A stretch of DNA of 64,000 nt, taken from NCBI GenBank assembly GCA_044226215.1, contig JBGAHK010000003.1, positions 153,509 through 217,508 on the forward strand, written 5' to 3'. Position 1 is the stretch's first letter. Each line of letters begins with the position of its first letter. The notes beneath the pieces are model-generated. The model did not search any database, had not been told where the DNA came from, and saw only the letters and a list, made by a program, of their open reading frames with translations. Origin of the DNA: Fimbriimonadaceae bacterium (lineage in GTDB: Bacteria > Armatimonadota > Fimbriimonadia > Fimbriimonadales > Fimbriimonadaceae). The translations under genes were made by a program, and so were the position numbers. Of the stretch, positions 62,463 to 64,000 are shown one piece after another.

Positions 62463-63152
62463 ATGAAGAATCTCATTTTAGGTTTGGCTTTGAGCGCTGT
62501 CGCCGGTGCTGCCATTCAGGCTCAGGCAGCGACCGTCTCCATCGATCCTTCCGCCACATGGCTGGGATACATGAACGTCTCGAATCTTCCTCAGGATGGA
62601 GGCGCCTACCAGTTCGGCAACACTTGGGGTACGGCGGATCTGACGGCCACATTCTCCGGCCCGGTTCTGACGCTCGGCACGAACAACATCAACGACGCCA
62701 ATGACTATTGGTACAAGGGCGGCGGTAAAGCTGGCGCCCAAGGCAACAAGATCATGGACGCCAACATGTACGTCGAAACGACGGGCGTGTATAGCGGCAC
62801 GCTGACCTTCCAGGGCTCCGTTCTTTCGAACACCCTGTTCGGTCACACCGATTCGCTGGGCAACGGCTGGACGAGCGTCGCCTTCATCAAGGACTTCGCT
62901 CCCGACTACAGCTCCTTCGTCCAGACAACGGTCTCGCTGACCCCGGGCGCATTCAGCATCAGCCTTCCGCTGATTGCCAATCCGAATCGGCACGTCCAGT
63001 ATGGATTCGAGACGGTTGGTTCCTGCGTGTGGGCCACCGATGCGGCCAACTTTGGCAACATCCAACTCGTCGCCGTCCCTGAGCCGGCAAGCCTCGCCGT
63101 CCTTGGCGGCGCGCTGCTGATCGGCCTGAAGCGACGACGCTCCGCTCGCTAA
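62463..63152 (+). CDS. PEP-CTERM sorting domain protein
   Basis: The ATG at 62463 follows AAGGA. Signal MKNLILGLALSAVAGAAIQAQA. C-terminus VPEPASLAVLGGALLIGLKRRRSAR. Confidence 0.75.
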   Translation: MKNLILGLALSAVAGAAIQAQAATVSIDPSATWLGYMNVSNLPQDGGAYQFGNTWGTADLTATFSGPVLTLGTNNINDANDYWYKGGGKAGAQGNKIMDANMYVETTGVYSGTLTFQGSVLSNTLFGHTDSLGNGWTSVAFIKDFAPDYSSFVQTTVSLTPGAFSISLPLIANPNRHVQYGFETVGSCVWATDAANFGNIQLVAVPEPASLAVLGGALLIGLKRRRSAR

Positions 63153-63173
63153 ACCCGAAGATTCCGAGTTCGA

Positions 63174-63206
63174 GTGCTACCTGCTTGCGCAGGTAGCACT
63201 TTTTTG
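63174..63206 (+). terminator. Rho-independent terminator
   Basis: GTGCTACCTGC (63174-63184), loop TTGC, GCAGGTAGCAC (63189-63199), followed by TTTTTTG. Confidence 0.75.
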
Positions 63207-63263
63207 TTGTCTTCCGAGGCGGGACCGAGTGCGGCGAGGCGCGGGCAAAGCTATGATTAATTC

Positions 63264-63860
63264 ATGAGCGACCGACTCGTGGTTCGACCGCTTTCACGCG
63301 AAACCTGGCCAGCTTTCGCGCGCTTGGTCGAGGCGAACGGCGGAATATTCGGGGGCTGTTGGTGCATTGCATTTCACCTGGATCCAAAGGGCGAGAAAGG
63401 GCAGATGAAGCCGTATCGCGACACAAAGGAACGCCTGGTTCGGGAAGATCGCGCTCACGCCGCGCTGGTCTTCGATGGCGACGACGCGGTTGGGTGGTGC
63501 CAATTCGGACGCTGCGACGAATTGCCGAACGTCAAGAACCGGAAGAACTACGAGGCCGACCTCGATCTTCTTCCCGATTGGCGGCTGCCCTGTTTCTTCG
63601 TGGGGAAAGGCAATCGCAAGCGCGGGGTGGCGCGACTGGCCCTGGCGGGTGCCCTCGACATGATCGAGGCAATGGGCGGCGGTGTGGTGGAGGCGTATCC
63701 GTTCGACACCGAGTCCCAGAAGATGTCGAGTTCCTTTCTCCACGCCGGCACCGTGAAGATGTTTCAGGACCAAGGTTTTAGTCTGATACGCCGCATTGGC
63801 AAGAACCAATGGGTGGTCCGCAAGTCCATTGGAGTCGCGCGCGGAACGGTTTCGCCATAA
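63264..63860 (+). CDS. GNAT family N-acetyltransferase
   Basis: 198 aa. Motifs GGCWCIAFHL and KGNRKRGVARLALAGAL (acetyl-CoA loop-like). Confidence 0.65.
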   Translation: MSDRLVVRPLSRETWPAFARLVEANGGIFGGCWCIAFHLDPKGEKGQMKPYRDTKERLVREDRAHAALVFDGDDAVGWCQFGRCDELPNVKNRKNYEADLDLLPDWRLPCFFVGKGNRKRGVARLALAGALDMIEAMGGGVVEAYPFDTESQKMSSSFLHAGTVKMFQDQGFSLIRRIGKNQWVVRKSIGVARGTVSP

Positions 63861-63900
63861 AATTTGGCTTTAGGACCTCCCGAAAGGTACAATCCGACCG

Positions 63901-64000
63901 TGCCCCCCATACGCAACATTGGCATTATCGCGCATGTCGATCACGGCAAGACAACGCTGGTCGATGCCATTTTCAAGCAGGCGGGGCTGTTCCGCGAGAA
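63901..64000 (+). CDS. typA: translational GTPase TypA/BipA (5' fragment; continues beyond the window)
   Basis: The GTG at 63901 gives [33 protein letters not shown], with the G1 motif AHVDHGKTT. Confidence 0.85.

Overview
GC-rich bacterial chromosomal window with about 55 supportable protein genes and one tRNA-Gln. It has no rRNA, transposase, integrase, cas genes or CRISPR array. All family calls come from motifs read by eye in the supplied translations; no database search was run. Gene starts were adjusted where the ORF track over-extends. The left 18 kb is a two-arm hemicellulose (xyloglucan/glucomannan-type) utilisation locus. The + arm has a GH2 beta-mannosidase-like enzyme, a GH31 alpha-xylosidase and a GH1 beta-glucosidase. 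The - arm has a CUT1-type ABC importer (MalG-like permease plus an unusual solute-binding-protein::MalF-like permease fusion), GH44, a clan GH-A/GH5-like enzyme and a SASA-type acetylesterase. A SARP/BTAD regulator lies beside it, and two pseudopilin-like + mini-lipoprotein cassettes bracket it. The rest is housekeeping: ribF, M29 and M24 peptidases, ALDH7-like dehydrogenase, UbiD-like decarboxylase, RNase J, a short LeuA-like synthase, hutH, ABC-F, DAHP synthase and the start of typA. Interspersed are many secreted or surface proteins carrying one of two C-terminal tags: three PEP-CTERM proteins and four with a beta-sandwich plus dockerin-like double EF-hand module. Items most worth a second look: (1) a phased tandem array of palindromic sites in the 25.3-kb intergenic region; (2) an orphan Hcp-like gene coupled to a Tat-signal three-blade Kelch gene; (3) the recurrent dockerin-like module with no cohesin partner in view; (4) an orphan Mpa/ARC-like AAA ATPase lacking the proteasome-docking tail; (5) a kexin-like S8B protease whose catalytic Asp position reads Glu; (6) the SBP::permease fusion; (7) an identical LacI-type palindrome linking the sugar importer to a distant PEP-CTERM gene; (8) a probably leaderless PUR-alpha-like gene; (9) convergent genes that share their stop codons at 9 of 12 junctions. 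Pseudopilin-like proteins, PEP-CTERM and dockerin-like tails together suggest an Armatimonadota- or PVC-like lineage, but this is only a guess.
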